Shown in pieces: positions 13,101 to 26,322 of a DNA stretch of 64,000 bases. Both the position numbers and the translations under genes were made by a program. Each line of letters opens with the position of its first letter. Position 1 is the stretch's first letter. Location of the stretch: contig LSRY02000011.1 in assembly GCA_001643675.2 (NCBI GenBank), positions 1,674,001-1,738,000 on the forward strand, written 5' to 3'. The DNA comes from Monocercomonoides exilis PA203. Taxonomy: Eukaryota > Protista > Preaxostyla. The notes beneath the pieces are model-generated. The model did not search any database. It had not been told where the DNA came from and saw only the letters and a program-made list of their open reading frames with translations.

Positions 13101-13536
13101 TTTATTTAATCAAATATTTTTATTTTTGATATTTTATTTTTGAAAAAAATAGAAAGGCACATGGAAGTCAGACCTGCAAGGGAAGCCATATTTATTCCCA
13201 CATGTAATCTATGTGAACATGACGCAATTCCGAAGCCAGCAGTTTGGGGATACAATCAGAAAGATGTATCGCTCTCTTATCAAAGACAGAAACTCATTGG
13301 GCAACATGGATCAAGACCTTCTCAATGCTGTCCAGACAATTAATCCTGTCTTCGCCCTGCCGCAGAGCTGGCTGTGGGACAAAGAATGGTGCAGCTCAAC
13401 TGGAAAAGAAAGTGCGCATATCACACGCGACATGACCGAGCTGGATGAGTTGGAGAAACAAAATAGAAAGAGTTCTGAGCAGAAAAGGCAGAAAAAGGAT
13501 GATAATGAAAAGAGAGAAACTCAAATCGATCTGTAA
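7181..13536 (+). CDS. UDP-glucose:glycoprotein glucosyltransferase (UGGT/Kre5)-like ER protein; intron 13082-13152
   Basis: Signal peptide; N-terminal APQVEFHHQ and GFGMEL motifs; FLNNIETD..F..W; APSSW. The GT24-like C-terminus reads KLLFIDKMFPL...AAVPYC...RYWE|KGTW...GDTIR..Y..L..DRNSLGNMDQDL...LPQSWLW...WC and ends in QIDL, an ER-retention-like signal. Confidence 0.88.
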
Positions 13537-13729
13537 GAATTTCTTTGCATTTGCGTATTGCTGAATTATTTAATATTTTGAGTATTTTGTTCATTTCACA
13601 TAAGTTGGTGTGAAGTTTCAAAATCCTGTTTATTTTTTAAATATTTTTTGTAAATGTATAGCTTAAATAAAGAAAAAGGATGACGAAGCATTATTTTATT
13701 TTTCCAAATAAAAAAAAAAAGGCATTTGT

Positions 13730-16700
13730 TCATTTTTTCGTTCTCTTTTTTGAAGTGGAATGTTTCTTTGGTGCTGGTGTGTGTGATGCCTGAATGAGTT
13801 TTCTGTTCTGAATGGCAATCATCTGGTGCATTCTGTGGCGTTGCAGTTCGATTTCGTGTGGAGAAAGACCCAATTCGAGAAGCGTGGCCATGTCAAGGCC
13901 ATCAGAAGGTGAGTGAAATGAAGGACTTGATGAAGAAGCAGAGAAGGGAGAGTAAGAACTGGGTGGAGGCGTGTTAAAGCTTTGTGCGTTTGAATGGGGT
14001 GTGTGCGGTGAGGTGAATGCAGTTGATGTGGAAGCAGAAGATGTTGAAACAGAAGAAGTCCAGGAAGATGAGACAGATGCAGAGGGTGTTGATGCAGATG
14101 AAGGAGAAGAAGATGCATTTGAAGTGGCGGGTGATGGTGTTGACTGTGTGGATATCAGAGTGGTAGATGAAGAAGTTTTGATCGAAGAAGAAGAAAGAGA
14201 CGGAGAAGCAGCAAAGGTGCAGTCAGCGAAGAGTTCTCCAAGTTGCTGATCAGAAAGCAGCATTTCGTCCAAAGCATCGAGATGAAGCGCTGATGAAGAA
14301 TGTGCATCTTCTGAAGTGGTGTTTTGTCCAGTTTCTGTTTGATGTTCCTTTTCTGTGTGACTGTTGATATGCAACTCGTTGTCCAAGTCTTTTGTTATTT
14401 TGCTGATGCTGTTGTTGACATCACTAAGCAGTTCATCTCTCTTCTTCTTCTGAGGCAACTCGTCTGGATTGTCCGTTTCTCTGTCCATTTGCATCATCTC
14501 GTGAGAATCATTGATTGTCAATTGAATCGAATCCTTCATCGTTTGGAAACGTTCGCTCAGTGTATTTTCATGTTCTTCCGACAGAAATGACTGCTTGCCA
14601 TTCGTTGCTTCGTTGTCACGTGTGATTGTGTCCATTTTATCTGTTGGCTGCTCCTCCTTCTTTTCGTCTTTGAGATAGTTTTCATCAATTTTTGGTGTGT
14701 TCGATTTGTTTTCTTGTTGTGCGCTGTTTATGAAAGACTCTGCTTCTTGCAGTTGATGTGACAGATCTGCACTTTTGTCTTCTTGCTGCTGCTGTTGTTG
14801 TAGAAGTCTGTCCATTGATTCTTCGTTCTTTGCTTTCTCCGCTCCAATCTGCCTCAGCTGCTGAAGCCGAGACATCTTGATGAAAGGAGAGAAGTTTGTT
14901 TGAGCATGTATTTGTGGCTTCTTTCCTGGAAAATGCTGGTTCAAATCGCCTTGCGATCCTTCTCCTTTGAATTGAAAGCTATCGTTGAATGTGGAAGAAC
15001 GGGACACATGCGGCAGCGATAGTCTTTCCCTCGGTGGAGTGATGACATTTAAAGGAAATGTTGTGTTTGGTGAGTTGAGCTGCAAAGAGGCAAACGGAGA
15101 TGCTTTTTCACTTTTGCTTCTTTTTTGTGCCATGTTGTCGAGGGTGTACTGATCAGACATCAGAGTTGTTCCATGCGAGCCATCAAAACTGAGATGTGCT
15201 GTGCTTCTTCCGCTTTCCTGCTGCTTCTTCTTCACCCAGCCGAGCATTTTCTGCTCTTCCTCTTCTTTCCGCCTTTCATTCAGCAGAAGCGTAACAATTG
15301 CCTTTGAGCGAGACGCGTAGCTGTTCCCTGAATTGTAGTTCTTCGAACCATTTTGAGAATTTGAGGAAGAAGAGCTCTGAAACGAGGAAGGTGTTCCTGG
15401 CGGCTGCTCGCCAACAACAGTCGGAATGATCACTGCAGGCGATATGAGTGCAGATGCAGATGGTTGTGTCCTGTCAGCTGTGCGAGCAGCTGTTGAGGCA
15501 GAAAGAGAGACAGACGGCGTCTTGCCGATCTTCTTGAAGAAGTGCAGGCACGCCACCAGCTCGTTGAAGGAAGAGTGCTCGCTGTATGGTAGGCCGTACG
15601 TGGCAGTCTCCTTCCACGACTGGACGATGGCTGTGGAATGGACAGCCTTTTTGGAACACATTGTAGCAATGGCTGATTGAGACGATGAAGAAGATGAGGA
15701 GGAATAAGAAGAAGGAGAGCCAAGAGGAAGATCTGAGCATTGGATAGACTGCTTCTTCTTCTTCAGCGGGCGAAAGTTCCAACCAGAGGGAAGGAACCCA
15801 ACAACTCGCCGATAGCCAAAGTAAGGCCTTGTTGCAGAAGGCATCACCGAATAATACGACAGATGAGATAGCGACACGAAAGCAGGCGGCATCAAAAGAG
15901 AAGATCGTGGAGATGGCTGTGGAGAGCGCTGCGGTGTGGACGATGACGAGCCTCGCCAAGATTTGCCTCTTCCTCGGCCTGCCTTTGACTTACCGCTTAA
16001 TGTGTTAGAAGAAGAATCAGAACCAGACTGTGTGAATGAATAAGTTGTGGATAAAGGCGAAGTGCTGATAAAAGAGCTGGAAAAGGAACCAGAAGAAGTT
16101 GGAGACAGAAGAGGAGAGCTCATAAATGACTGGTCAGGTTGTGGTGAAGAGGCAGATGGCTCGTCTATTTCTGGGATGTCTACAAAGACAGGAAAAATAT
16201 TCTTATTTGGATCATCGTGTGGCTCTGTATTGTTATCATCTTCTTCTTCCACGATGAATGGAAGTGAGCTGTCATCTCCTTCTGCTTCATAGTTTGAAGT
16301 TGAATCCAAAGAGAACTGTTCTCCTGTCAAATGATCTTGTGCCTTGTCCATCTGCGACTGTTGCGGCTTCAAATCAGCAAACAGCCTGTTGCTTTCATTG
16401 AGCTCGCTGATCTCCCTCTCCATTTTCAGCTCCTCTTTGCACCGTTCAAGCTCCATCATCCTCCTCTTCTCCTTCTGCGCCTCCTCTCTCCACAGTGCCT
16501 TCTCTCTGAACGAGCGCATCTCCTCTTCTGACAGCATCTCGTGCATCCGGCTGATCCTCAGCTCTCTGGCACCAACTGCGCGGATGTTCGTCTCCCGCGC
16601 ATCGACTGTGAAGTGCATGGCAGAGTCTTCGTGCATAATCTCCAGCAGACGGAGCTTGGCTGGCGAGACATACACACGCCGCCCCATCTGCTCTGCGATG

Positions 16701-18772
16701 CCTTTCAGAAAGATCTCTTTGCCGATTGTGTATGTCTCAATCAGAAACAATGGCACTGATGACGACAGCGTTGAGAAGGGGACGAATGCATCGTATTTTT
16801 GGTCGGATTCTTTCGGCTTCTTTGTGGTTTTTTTGCCAGGCGATGATGCCTGCGATGCTTTGCTTGCCTCGCTGCTTTGGCTGCTGCTTTCTGAGCTGCT
16901 GATGTTTGCTTTGAGTCTTCTGCGGTATCTTTCTTTTCCTGTGTAGCTCTGTGCAGATGGCTTGTAAAATGAGCGTTTCTCTTCATTTGCGAGTTTTGCA
17001 GCGAACGCCTCTTCTTCAGCTCGGATGATGGCAACTGCATCGTTTATCACGCTCTGCTGATCTGGGAATTTGTAGTAGGAATCAGAAAAAGTGGTGTCGA
17101 GATAGAGCTCTGATAAATTTGAAGATGAAAATGATATATGTCATCAATAAGATGAAATTTTTGTGAGATGATGCATCAAAATTAATTGGTAAAAAGGTTT
17201 GATGAAGAAAAATGTGTGAATAAAAATTGATTAAAATCAATGAGCAAACCATCGACAATGTTATCTCCAATTAGCTTTTCAATTTTCAGTCCCATTGTCT
17301 CGTCAAATCTGAAATCCCCTGTGTGGATGACGGTTCGAAATGGATTGAGAGGAAACTTAATCAGAGTAGAAGGAAGATCAACCATGCTTTTTGAAGAGAA
17401 CTTTGAAGTGACAGAAGCATTCTTTTCTTTGTTTTCTTCGTTCATTTGAGCATCTGTGGGCTGCGGAATGGTGAGATGCTGCTCGTCCAAGCGTTTTTGA
17501 AGGGAAGGTGGTGGCGAAAGAGAAAAGAATGGATGGATGGGTGGCCAAGGAAATATACTATCGTTGTTGTTGCTTGATGACGATGTCTCAGATAATGCAG
17601 ATGGTGAATGAGAAGGAGAAGGAGAAGAAGCAGTAGATGTAGTTGCAGAGTGGGACATTGAATGTGTTGATGTATCAATGGGATTAGCAAAAGATGCGAG
17701 TGAAGGTGCAATATAAGTTGCAGTTGATGTTGGAAAAGAAGCTGATAACTTTGATGAATCACTGGATTGGGGAAAAGGTGATTTACTGTCCTCAGCAAAA
17801 GACGTATTATGTTGCACCATCTGAATGCTCTCATCTTGTGAATTTAGCGCAGAGATTTTTGGACTTAAAGGACTTGTAAAACTTTGTTTCATCGTCAGAG
17901 AAGAAGATGCTTGTGGCAAAAAAGAAGAAACAAGGTCAGAAAAAGATTGGAGCGGTGAGGTGAAAGGCGATGATATTGGAGTCAATTCAGATGAGCGAAT
18001 CTCTTGAGTATCCATGCTTGAATCCATCTGATCAACATCACGAAGAAAATGTTGTTCCGATAATGATGGATCAGGTGGAACAGAGGACATAGTCGAGAGT
18101 GAAAAGCCATCTTGAGAAATTTCATCTTTTTCATCACTTAATTGTTTTTCCAAATGATCTCTCGAACATAACGGATCTTGGATTTGAGCAAATGGAGATA
18201 TATCGAACACTTCGAATACAAAAATTGCAGATCCTGGACAATGGTTCGCATCAATAAGAGTTACACGAGCATTTTGTATGTAGCATGGTGTTTCCACTAT
18301 TTGGCATTTTCAAAAAAGGAATAAAACGAAATAAATAACTTTTTCAAACTTGGTAATCCAATAATGCAATCTGGTTTGACTTTCATGTGTTCAATTAGAA
18401 GAGAACGCGTTATTTCCGAGCAATCTAATAATATCATTGCAATATAAAAAGTTGCTAATGCAATAAAACAAAATTTCATAAATTTTCAAACATATTTTTC
18501 CAAAAGTGAATGAACGTGTTAATCCTATAGTGTGGTCTGAGTGGAAATGACTTAAAAAATAAGCGTTGTATTCTTTTCTTTTGTACTGAAATTGGCGTTA
18601 ATTTTAAAAAGTTCATTTTCAAAAAATATGCATTGTACATGTTAAATGATGATAATTTTTTTGTAAATAACAAAGCAAAATTAACCTTAAACCCATCGAC
18701 TAAAAAACTTGTTCCAGGAACTTTGTGTTCCTTGGGAACAAACGAAAAATCCTTTTTTTCAAAAGTTGACAT
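13730..18772 (-). CDS. SNM1/Pso2 (DCLRE1A-like) DNA cross-link repair nuclease, metallo-beta-lactamase/beta-CASP; 5 exons
   Basis: Spliced motifs in order: VPGTSFLVDGF, YFLSHFHSDH, IYCSEIT, DANHCPGS, HTGDFRF, LYLDTTF, TYTIGKE, PSGW, PYSEHSSFNEL, IPTV. Long Ser-rich insertions and C-terminal tail. Confidence 0.93.
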
Positions 18773-18984
18773 AAACGAAAAATGATATTGGGTTCTCACT
18801 TTTATAAATCGAAAAGAATGAGCATCATCTATTACAAGCAAATTCGAAAAAATGGTGATAAAATAAAAAATGTTTTAGAAAAACTGATGAAGTGTGCACT
18901 ATGTGAAAATACATAAAAACAGAAACAACAAAAAAATAGACAGATGAGAAAATTGGTCAGTTGCAAATTTAGCTGCAATTAAAC

Positions 18985-19203
18985 TTACTCTATATCGGAT
19001 GTGCGAAGTTCTAGTGTTGATATTTGCCTATCAAGACGTTTCACTCTTGCTTGAAGCGCAGATAATCTTATGTGTGTTGAAGAATTGAATTTGTTGAAGT
19101 ATTCAGTCAATAGCTTCAAAGACTGCATAATCTTTGTAAGGTTTTCTCTTTCATCCCAATCAATCTGTAATTCTTTGTTTGATTGTACTTGGTTATGCGA
19201 CAT
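18985..19203 (-). CDS. BRK1: BRICK1/HSPC300, SCAR/WAVE complex subunit
   Basis: 72 aa: ELQIDWDERE...FNKFNSSTHIRLSALQARVKRLDRQISTLE matches the BRICK1 pattern (DW..RE...FLN.F....R.RL..L...L..LER....E). Confidence 0.85.
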   Translation of the reverse strand: MSHNQVQSNKELQIDWDERENLTKIMQSLKLLTEYFNKFNSSTHIRLSALQARVKRLDRQISTLELRTSDIE

Positions 19204-19729
19204 CCTCAAAAAATTAAAAATTAAGCCAAATGTTTAAAATGAACGTATGTTCACAATATTGAGTTGCAAACAGAAAATAAAAATAATGTAAAAATGAAAA
19301 CGCATAAACGCACAACAAAACAAACTTGCAAACCTAAATTAAAAGAACAGCAAAAACAGATAATCGATCTTTTACCATATTAGTACCTTTTGATCTGTTC
19401 TCAAATAAGATGAAGATATTTGTGTTTATCTAGCGTGGGGAAATGAAGCTTTAAAATGTATTTATTGAAAAATTATTACAAATTCTTGATATCCATTTTT
19501 GAAAAATCTTTTACAATTTATTGAAAAGAAATACAACTTTTAAAAAGCAATCAACTTAAAATAAAATGAAAAATGAAAACTCCTCAATAAACTTAAAGAC
19601 TGAATATATATATTAACTATAATACTCTAATTAAAAAAAAAGTTGAAAATCAAAAAAAAGCAGAACAATATTATTAAAACTGAAATGAAACAATAATACA
19701 TAATGTATAAACTAATATTATTTTATTAA

Positions 19730-20540
19730 CTATTTTTGAAGATGTTCGGTATGCGCCTTGAGAATATTAGCTGCAAATTCAACACTTTTTGCATCTATGT
19801 TTGATCGATTTTTAAATTCACCACTTTTTGAAATGATTGAAACACTCATTTTTGCTTTTATTAATTTTTCAATATCTAAAATAAAAATTAAAAAATACAT
19901 AAAAAAGTTTCGAATAGTTCTGAAAATATTTAAACCTTTTATACAGCTTTCCGCACCTTGAGCGTTCACTAAAATTCATCAAGTAAATGAAGACACTTTT
20001 GCAAATTAGCAATAATAAGAAAGCAAACTCTGAACATATGCAGCAAATGTTGTTCTTGTAATATCAAAGTTCCTTTTTTTCAACCATTCCTTCAAATAAA
20101 TGACAAATATATTTAATACGTAATTCAACAAAAAAGTGACATACTGCCACAGGAGGAGGCAGACCCCAACTCCAAACAGGAGTTCCAAAAATTACAATGT
20201 CAAATTGCCGAGGATCATTGACTGGTTCCGCATCAAGTTGATATTTGGCTCCAAAAAGTGATTTGAAAACATGTTTCCAGTATTTGCCAACTCCAGGTGT
20301 TGCATCATTAAACACAACTGCTTCTGTTACTGTCTAAAATAAATATTTAATAGCACAATACAAAATACTCTTCCAAAAAACACACATTGATTCCTGATTT
20401 TTGAAATTCAGCAACAAGATTATCACATATCTTTGGAAAAAAAAAATAATTTCGAGTTAAAAGGAAGCAATGAATACCATCTTTGAATTTCCCGTTCGCG
20501 TAAAATAAATGATAAGTATTCTTGGTTGTGGAGCTGCCAT
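19730..20540 (-). CDS. Flavodoxin (prokaryote-type); 6 exons
   Basis: Spliced: MAAPQPRILIIYFTRTGNSKM|ICDNL... carries the FMN phosphate loop T-R-T-G-N-S; then FDIVIFGTPVWSWGLPPPV|AEWL. Five GT-AG introns restore a single frame. Confidence 0.85.
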
Positions 20541-21309
20541 TGTTGAATGTTCAAATATACTCAGATTGTTTCAACCCATAAATAGTTAATTTCTTAACTT
20601 TTTATTGAGGATTTTTATAACTTTGAAAAACAAAGCCGGAAATATATTCACCAATGGAGCGGGAATGGAAACAATTATACGCTGACAAATTATAAAAATC
20701 GGGAACATTTAATTTTCCGAAAGGAAAATAAATTGAAAACGGAGAAATTAAAAATTGATCGAAATGAAATATTATAAAAATATTCTAAATGTTACAACTC
20801 AAAATGAAATTTTTTGAAAACTTAATGATGGAAATGGAAAATATCACATAAAGATAAGTGTATTATGAATGGAAGTAAATTTCAAAGAAAAAGAATGAAG
20901 ATGGGAATTTGTAGTTTTTTCACACAACAATAAATGCTAATATACATTTATTTTTTATATAATTAAAAAAAGTGCAAAGGTTTAAAGATTCAATGATATA
21001 ATTGAAATAATTATAAGAGAGTTTAAAATGTTGGATTAGAATTATTAGAGCTCTAATAAATGCAAATTATAAATGTTTGTAACACAAATTATGAAAAACT
21101 TCGCTTTGCACGCAAATAAATGATCTACAATCTTCAATCTAAAACAAGATGTTAAAAATACAATGAAAAAATAAAAAAAAATAACTATTTTTTTTCTCAT
21201 TTTTGAGGGTGTTGTAATTCTCCTTTTGAAATTTTTGGTTAAACGAAGAATTATTTATTGTATTCTTGTGTTAAATATTCACATCTCAACCATTTTCAAA
21301 GGAGTCCTT

Positions 21310-23681
21310 TCATTCTTCTGTTTGTTTGCTTTCATTTTCGCTGAGTTCTGTTTCATTTGTTTCTGCTTCGTTCGACAATAAGTCGCTTTTATTTTCCAAT
21401 TGAGACACGGAATTTCCATTTGTGTCGTCTTTCACAGCTTGTTCTTGTTCAAATGAATCTTTCTCTTTCTCTTTCTCTTTCTCTTTCATCTCCTCTTTTT
21501 CTCCTTCAAATTCTGCATTGCCTGATTCGCTTGGTAATGTTGCCTCTGACAATTCTGTGTCGGTTTTCTTTGCGTTGTCATCTGTTACAATTTTTTCTTC
21601 TCCTTCTGTTCTTTCGTTTTCTTCTCTTTCTTCTTCTTTTTCTTCTTCTTTTTCATTGTCTGCTTTAATATCTTCATCTTTGGTGTTTGGAATTTCGACT
21701 TCTCCAAATTCTTGTTCTCCTTCTTTCTCTGTTTCTTCTCCTTCATCATCATCATTTTGAATGTAACGTTCCCTGTGTCCTGCTGCCTCTGCCTCAAAAC
21801 TCGCAAATTGCTCCTCTTTCATCATCAGATTCTCATTCAAATATTTTTCATCCGATTCAACATTGCCTTTTTGCTCTTCCAAATGCTCATTTGTTCCAAT
21901 TTCTGTCTCTTTCTCTTCTTTTGCATCAAAATCAATAGGATCAACCGAACCAACAGCATCAGCAGCATCAACTGTATTGTCTACTGAATTTAAGGTCACA
22001 TCTCCTTCATCAAATGTCAATTTCGTGGTTGGAAACACAATTTTCGGCGAGTCGCACAGTTCTGGTTTCGGCTCGCTGTTCATTGCCTGTTTTGTTTCGA
22101 GAGAGAAAGTGACACACGCAGACATCGTCTTCGTCAGTGCCTTCGCTTTGGCTTTGGCTTTGGCTTTTGTCCGTGTTATTGGCGGTGGATTCAGCCTGAC
22201 ATAGTTTTGTGCTTCTTCGTGTGGCTGGCGGGGGCTGTTGTGCCGACTGCGGTTGGATGAGCGATTTGTGAAGCTCCTCTTCGTAGTTGAATCAGCAACA
22301 GGAGAAGAATGTGAAGAATGAGTAGAAGAGGAATGAGAAGAAGTAGAAGAAGTTGTAGCAGACAGATTTTGTGCACTCTTCTTGTTGTTCATTTCCTGCA
22401 GCTGCCTCAGCCGCTCAGCTTCCAACTGCTCCCTTCTCTTCTTGTTCTCCTCCGCCCGCCTCGCCCTCTCCTCTGCCTTCATCTTTGCGCTCAGCCTTTT
22501 CTTGTCCTGCACACTCTTCCTCCTTCTCTCGTGCTCGTCCTCATTCTCCTTCTGCATCTGCGCCATTTCCTCCGCACTGAACCCTTTCAGCGCCTCAAAC
22601 GTCTCCTTTAGCGACATCCCTTCCGAAGAGCCTGATGTCTGCGAAGAGAAAGACAATCTGTGGCCAAACGTAGAGGCAGCAGACAGAGGCGGTGCGGGAG
22701 AATACGAAGCCGACAAAGAAGAGGAAAGCCGCAGGGGGTCTCTGAACTGTGCAGAGAGCATGCCGAACTCAGTGAAAGTGGAGCGTGTCTCGTCGAAGGA
22801 GCTGAACGACACGACAGACAAAGGCGTGGTTGGGGGGCCATTCTCAGGCATGCCCTGGATGGAAGCTCTGCGGGAGCGCAAGCGGGGCGTGGAGCGGGGT
22901 GTCAGGAGAGGAGACGTGAGGCGGCTGGCAGTGGAGCGCACAGCCTCGCTAAAGCGGATGATGTCCATGTCGTCGTCGAGTGGGGCTGACAGAGGGATTT
23001 CGGGGTCGATCTCATCCAGCGGCACTTCTGTCAGCTCCTTCTGAAGTGCTGCTTCTTTCTCCTTCGCTCGCTCTATCTGCTTCTCCTTCGCTTTTTGCTT
23101 CTCTTTCAGCACTTCCAACTCGCGTTTTGTTTCTTCCTTTCGCGTCGCAGCTATCCGCTTCTGTCGAGCAGCGCTGTCTTCTGCCTCCTTTCTCGCTGCT
23201 TCTTCTGTCTGTTGTGCTCTTTCCTTCACCTTTTGAACATACAAGTCAAGTGGATCAATTGAGTTAGCTGAAGTGGAAGAAGAAGAAGAAGAATAGGAAT
23301 TTGAATATGAGGGAGTGGTGAATGTGTCAGAATCATCAGCAGAGAATGAAGGTTTGAGAAGGGCGAGCTGTGTGGAGGGAGGGAAAGGCAGTGTTGGATG
23401 GAGGATGGACACACGGCTGGCTGATGATGCTGATGATGGTGATGGTGATGATGATGCTGAAGTGAAGAGAGAGTCGTTTGAGAAGGAGAGAAAAGAGAAT
23501 GCAGAGCGAGTGGAGTCCAAACTGGCAGACGCAAATGGAACATGCTCAGACAGAGGCATCCTCCCAGACGAGAGAGAAGCTAAAATAGAGGAAGATATAC
23601 TTGACATCAACTCCTGTGGCCTCTGTGTCCGTTGTGTCTGTGGTGTGTAATCACTCTGAATGAGTTCGCTGGCATCGACAC

Positions 23682-23734
<53 letters not shown>

Positions 23735-26268
23735 ATGCTGATGCTTTCATACGGATTTGGTGAGGCTGTGTCGCTGCGGATGACAGGAAGAGTGCCAAAC
23801 AGCTCCTTCTGCTCTGCACTGCCTCCGATGGGCACATTTTCGACTGCAGGCAACTCTTCTACAACCAGCTGGAGTGGAAGCGCTGCTGCTGGGATGGATG
23901 TGTGTGAAGGGTAAAGAGATGGGAAAGAGGAGTTTGATGAAGAAAAGGAGGATATTCTTTTAGCTGATTGTGGGCGGAGGGAAGGATAGCTGAGGGCAGC
24001 AGATGACAAAACGGTGACTTCGCCGCCGGCTGGGTTGATCTCCACAAGAGGGTTGTTCTGCAGAAGCGGAGAAATAAAAAAGAGATTCGGTTGTTGCCGC
24101 TGCTGTTGCTGGCTGACTGGCACGTTCTGCTGTGTTGCTTCATCAGCTGTTTTGTTTGTGATGACATTTGTTCTTGCAGAGTAAAGAGATGAAGAAGAAG
24201 ATGATGATGAAAAAGAAGAAGAAGAAGATAAATTAAGGGAAGCTGGGCCAACAGACCGTTGAGTTGCCCATCCGCTGTCTCTGCTGCTGCTCTTCCGCAG
24301 CATCGACTGTCTGACAAGCGCCTTAAAAGCCAGCGAAAGCGGTGCATCTGCATCAGACTTCGCTTCTGCCTGCTTCTCTTCTCTTTCTTCTTCTGTTTGC
24401 ATTTTGGTGTTGCCTGTTTGTGTCTGAAGGCCTCTCGTGCCTTGTTCTGTTGAAGATGATTTGAGGTTGTTTGTTGTATCAGACATCAGCAGACAGTTGA
24501 CTGATGTGCTTCCAGAAAGAGCAGTGCGAGTCTGTGTCTTAGCCTGCAGTGTATCAACGTCTGCATTCTTCTTATCGTTTTCTGTCTTTGTGTCTGTTTC
24601 TGTCTCATTGAAGTCTTCTTCTCCTCCCCAGTTCATCGGAAACTGGATCATGTCCTTCATCCGCACAGACGCCTTCCGCGCCTTCAGCGCCTCAACCAGC
24701 TTCTCCTTCTCTTCCAACTCGTCCAACTCTGCTTTGCCTTCTGAGCTCAGCCCCATCCGCGTGGAGTCAAAATTCTCTCTATTCCTCGCGTCGCTGGGCT
24801 GCAACTGCGAAAATGCCGACTTTGGCGCGAGGACAATCGGAGGGCTCGACGCTTTCAGCTTGCCTGTGTTGCGCCCTGCAGCTGACTGTGCTTTAGTCCA
24901 CTTTTGAGCATCCGGTGAGTTCTTGGAAGAGGATAAGGAGTCTTCTTGACCCAGCACATTGGGACTGGTTGCGTGCATCTGTTCTTCGTTTGATGTTTCT
25001 GTTGTGCTTTCCATTCCATTTGAGATGTGTTTTGTTTCAATCGAGCTGATGGCGTGTTCGTTGACAGTCATCCCAATGTGATGGTAATTCGAAGAAGCAA
25101 GCGAAGCATCGGAGGAAGAGCTGGAATCCGAGAAAGCACTGGAGCCTGGTTGGAAATGAGGCGGAGTGGTAGAAGATGAGAAAGAAGGCGATGAAATTGA
25201 AGATGTGAGTCGAGAGTGAGATGAAAAGGTCAATGGTTGTTGGAATTGACCTATCACTGTTGGAGCAGTTTGTGCTGTTCTGCGTGTTTGTGGAGCGTTC
25301 CATAGATTGGAAGAAGTCATCGTGCTGTGTAATGTTGTTGCTCGTGATGTTTGAAGTCCAACTCCTTTCATTGATTGATCTCTTTCGGTTCTTATGAATG
25401 AATATTATGCACATAAATTTGATGTTTGAAGAGTTGCAAAAAAAGGAGGAAAATAGCAATGGCAATCATAAGAAGATGCAAACTTTTGAATAGCATCATT
25501 CACGATATGTCTCGAAACAACCTCCTTTATTCTTCTTTTTTCTTGTAATCTAACTTCAGTTTCTTCGATCGCTTTCAGTTTTTCTTTCTCTTGCTCAAGT
25601 TGTGCGTATCTTCTAGCTCTCATTTTAGCTCTGAATATTTGAAATAATTTCGCTGAAAGAAGTCTCCTTAAATAATATCATACTTTAGCTGTGATTCCTC
25701 AATTGATTGTTTGTGTTTTAACTGTAATTTAATGTCTTGTGCTTTTGTTTGGGCAAATGCTTCAATGAAGAAGAATTTATCATTGATATTACATTTTAAT
25801 TTAAACAAAATTTAAATTTTTCTCAAACTATTTGTAATTGAAAGCTTTTGTATTTCGCGTTCTGTTTTAGCAATCTGACGCTCAAGCTCTGCTTCTCGAT
25901 ATTGGGTTGTGAGGATATTCTAAATAGACAAAAGTTTTAAAAAAAAAATAAAATTTTTGATTCAAATATTTCAAAAATTTTTGATATCATGCAGGTTTAA
26001 TATCAGTTCGTTTCTTTATAATTTACAATAATGATGTTGTTACAAATTAAAATTTCAGTCAAATGAAAGTATTAAAGCAAACTTGTTCACTTAGTTTTCC
26101 TTTATAAACGCTCATGTGCATATTGTTCTGTTCAGGTAAAGTATCATCAGATACTCGCTTCATGTCCTATCGCATGAAAAGATATGTTTGATATAAAAAA
26201 CATGTAACCAATTATTGTTATTAAAATGCAATGTTAACCTCTCCAGCATCTGATCTTTTATTATTCAT
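21310..26268 (-). CDS. Large hypothetical low-complexity / coiled-coil protein (Ser-rich, acidic C-terminus), several small 5' exons
   Basis: 4 kb open frame 21310-25371, plus charged coiled-coil exons upstream (25405-25630, ~25680-25760, ~25830-25920, ~26080-26170). A candidate ATG lies at 26268. The 5' exon structure is approximate. Confidence 0.6.
23686..23733. repeat. (GCT)16 microsatellite encoding poly-Ser on the minus strand
   Basis: Perfect trinucleotide run read directly from the sequence. Confidence 0.9.
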
Positions 26269-26322
26269 TAAAAAATGAGCATCTTATGGGGAGAATATTG
26301 ATCAATTCATATTCTTGCTGCT
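26269..26322. promoter_or_regulatory. Putative compact bidirectional promoter (hypothetical gene / BLOC1S1)
   Basis: 54 nt between divergent ATGs; the minus-strand start is less certain. Confidence 0.4.

Noticed and set aside
17345-18205. Intein as the explanation for the SNM1 insertion
   Set aside because: No Hint motifs (C/S start, HN-C/S/T end); the composition is low-complexity Ser/Pro.
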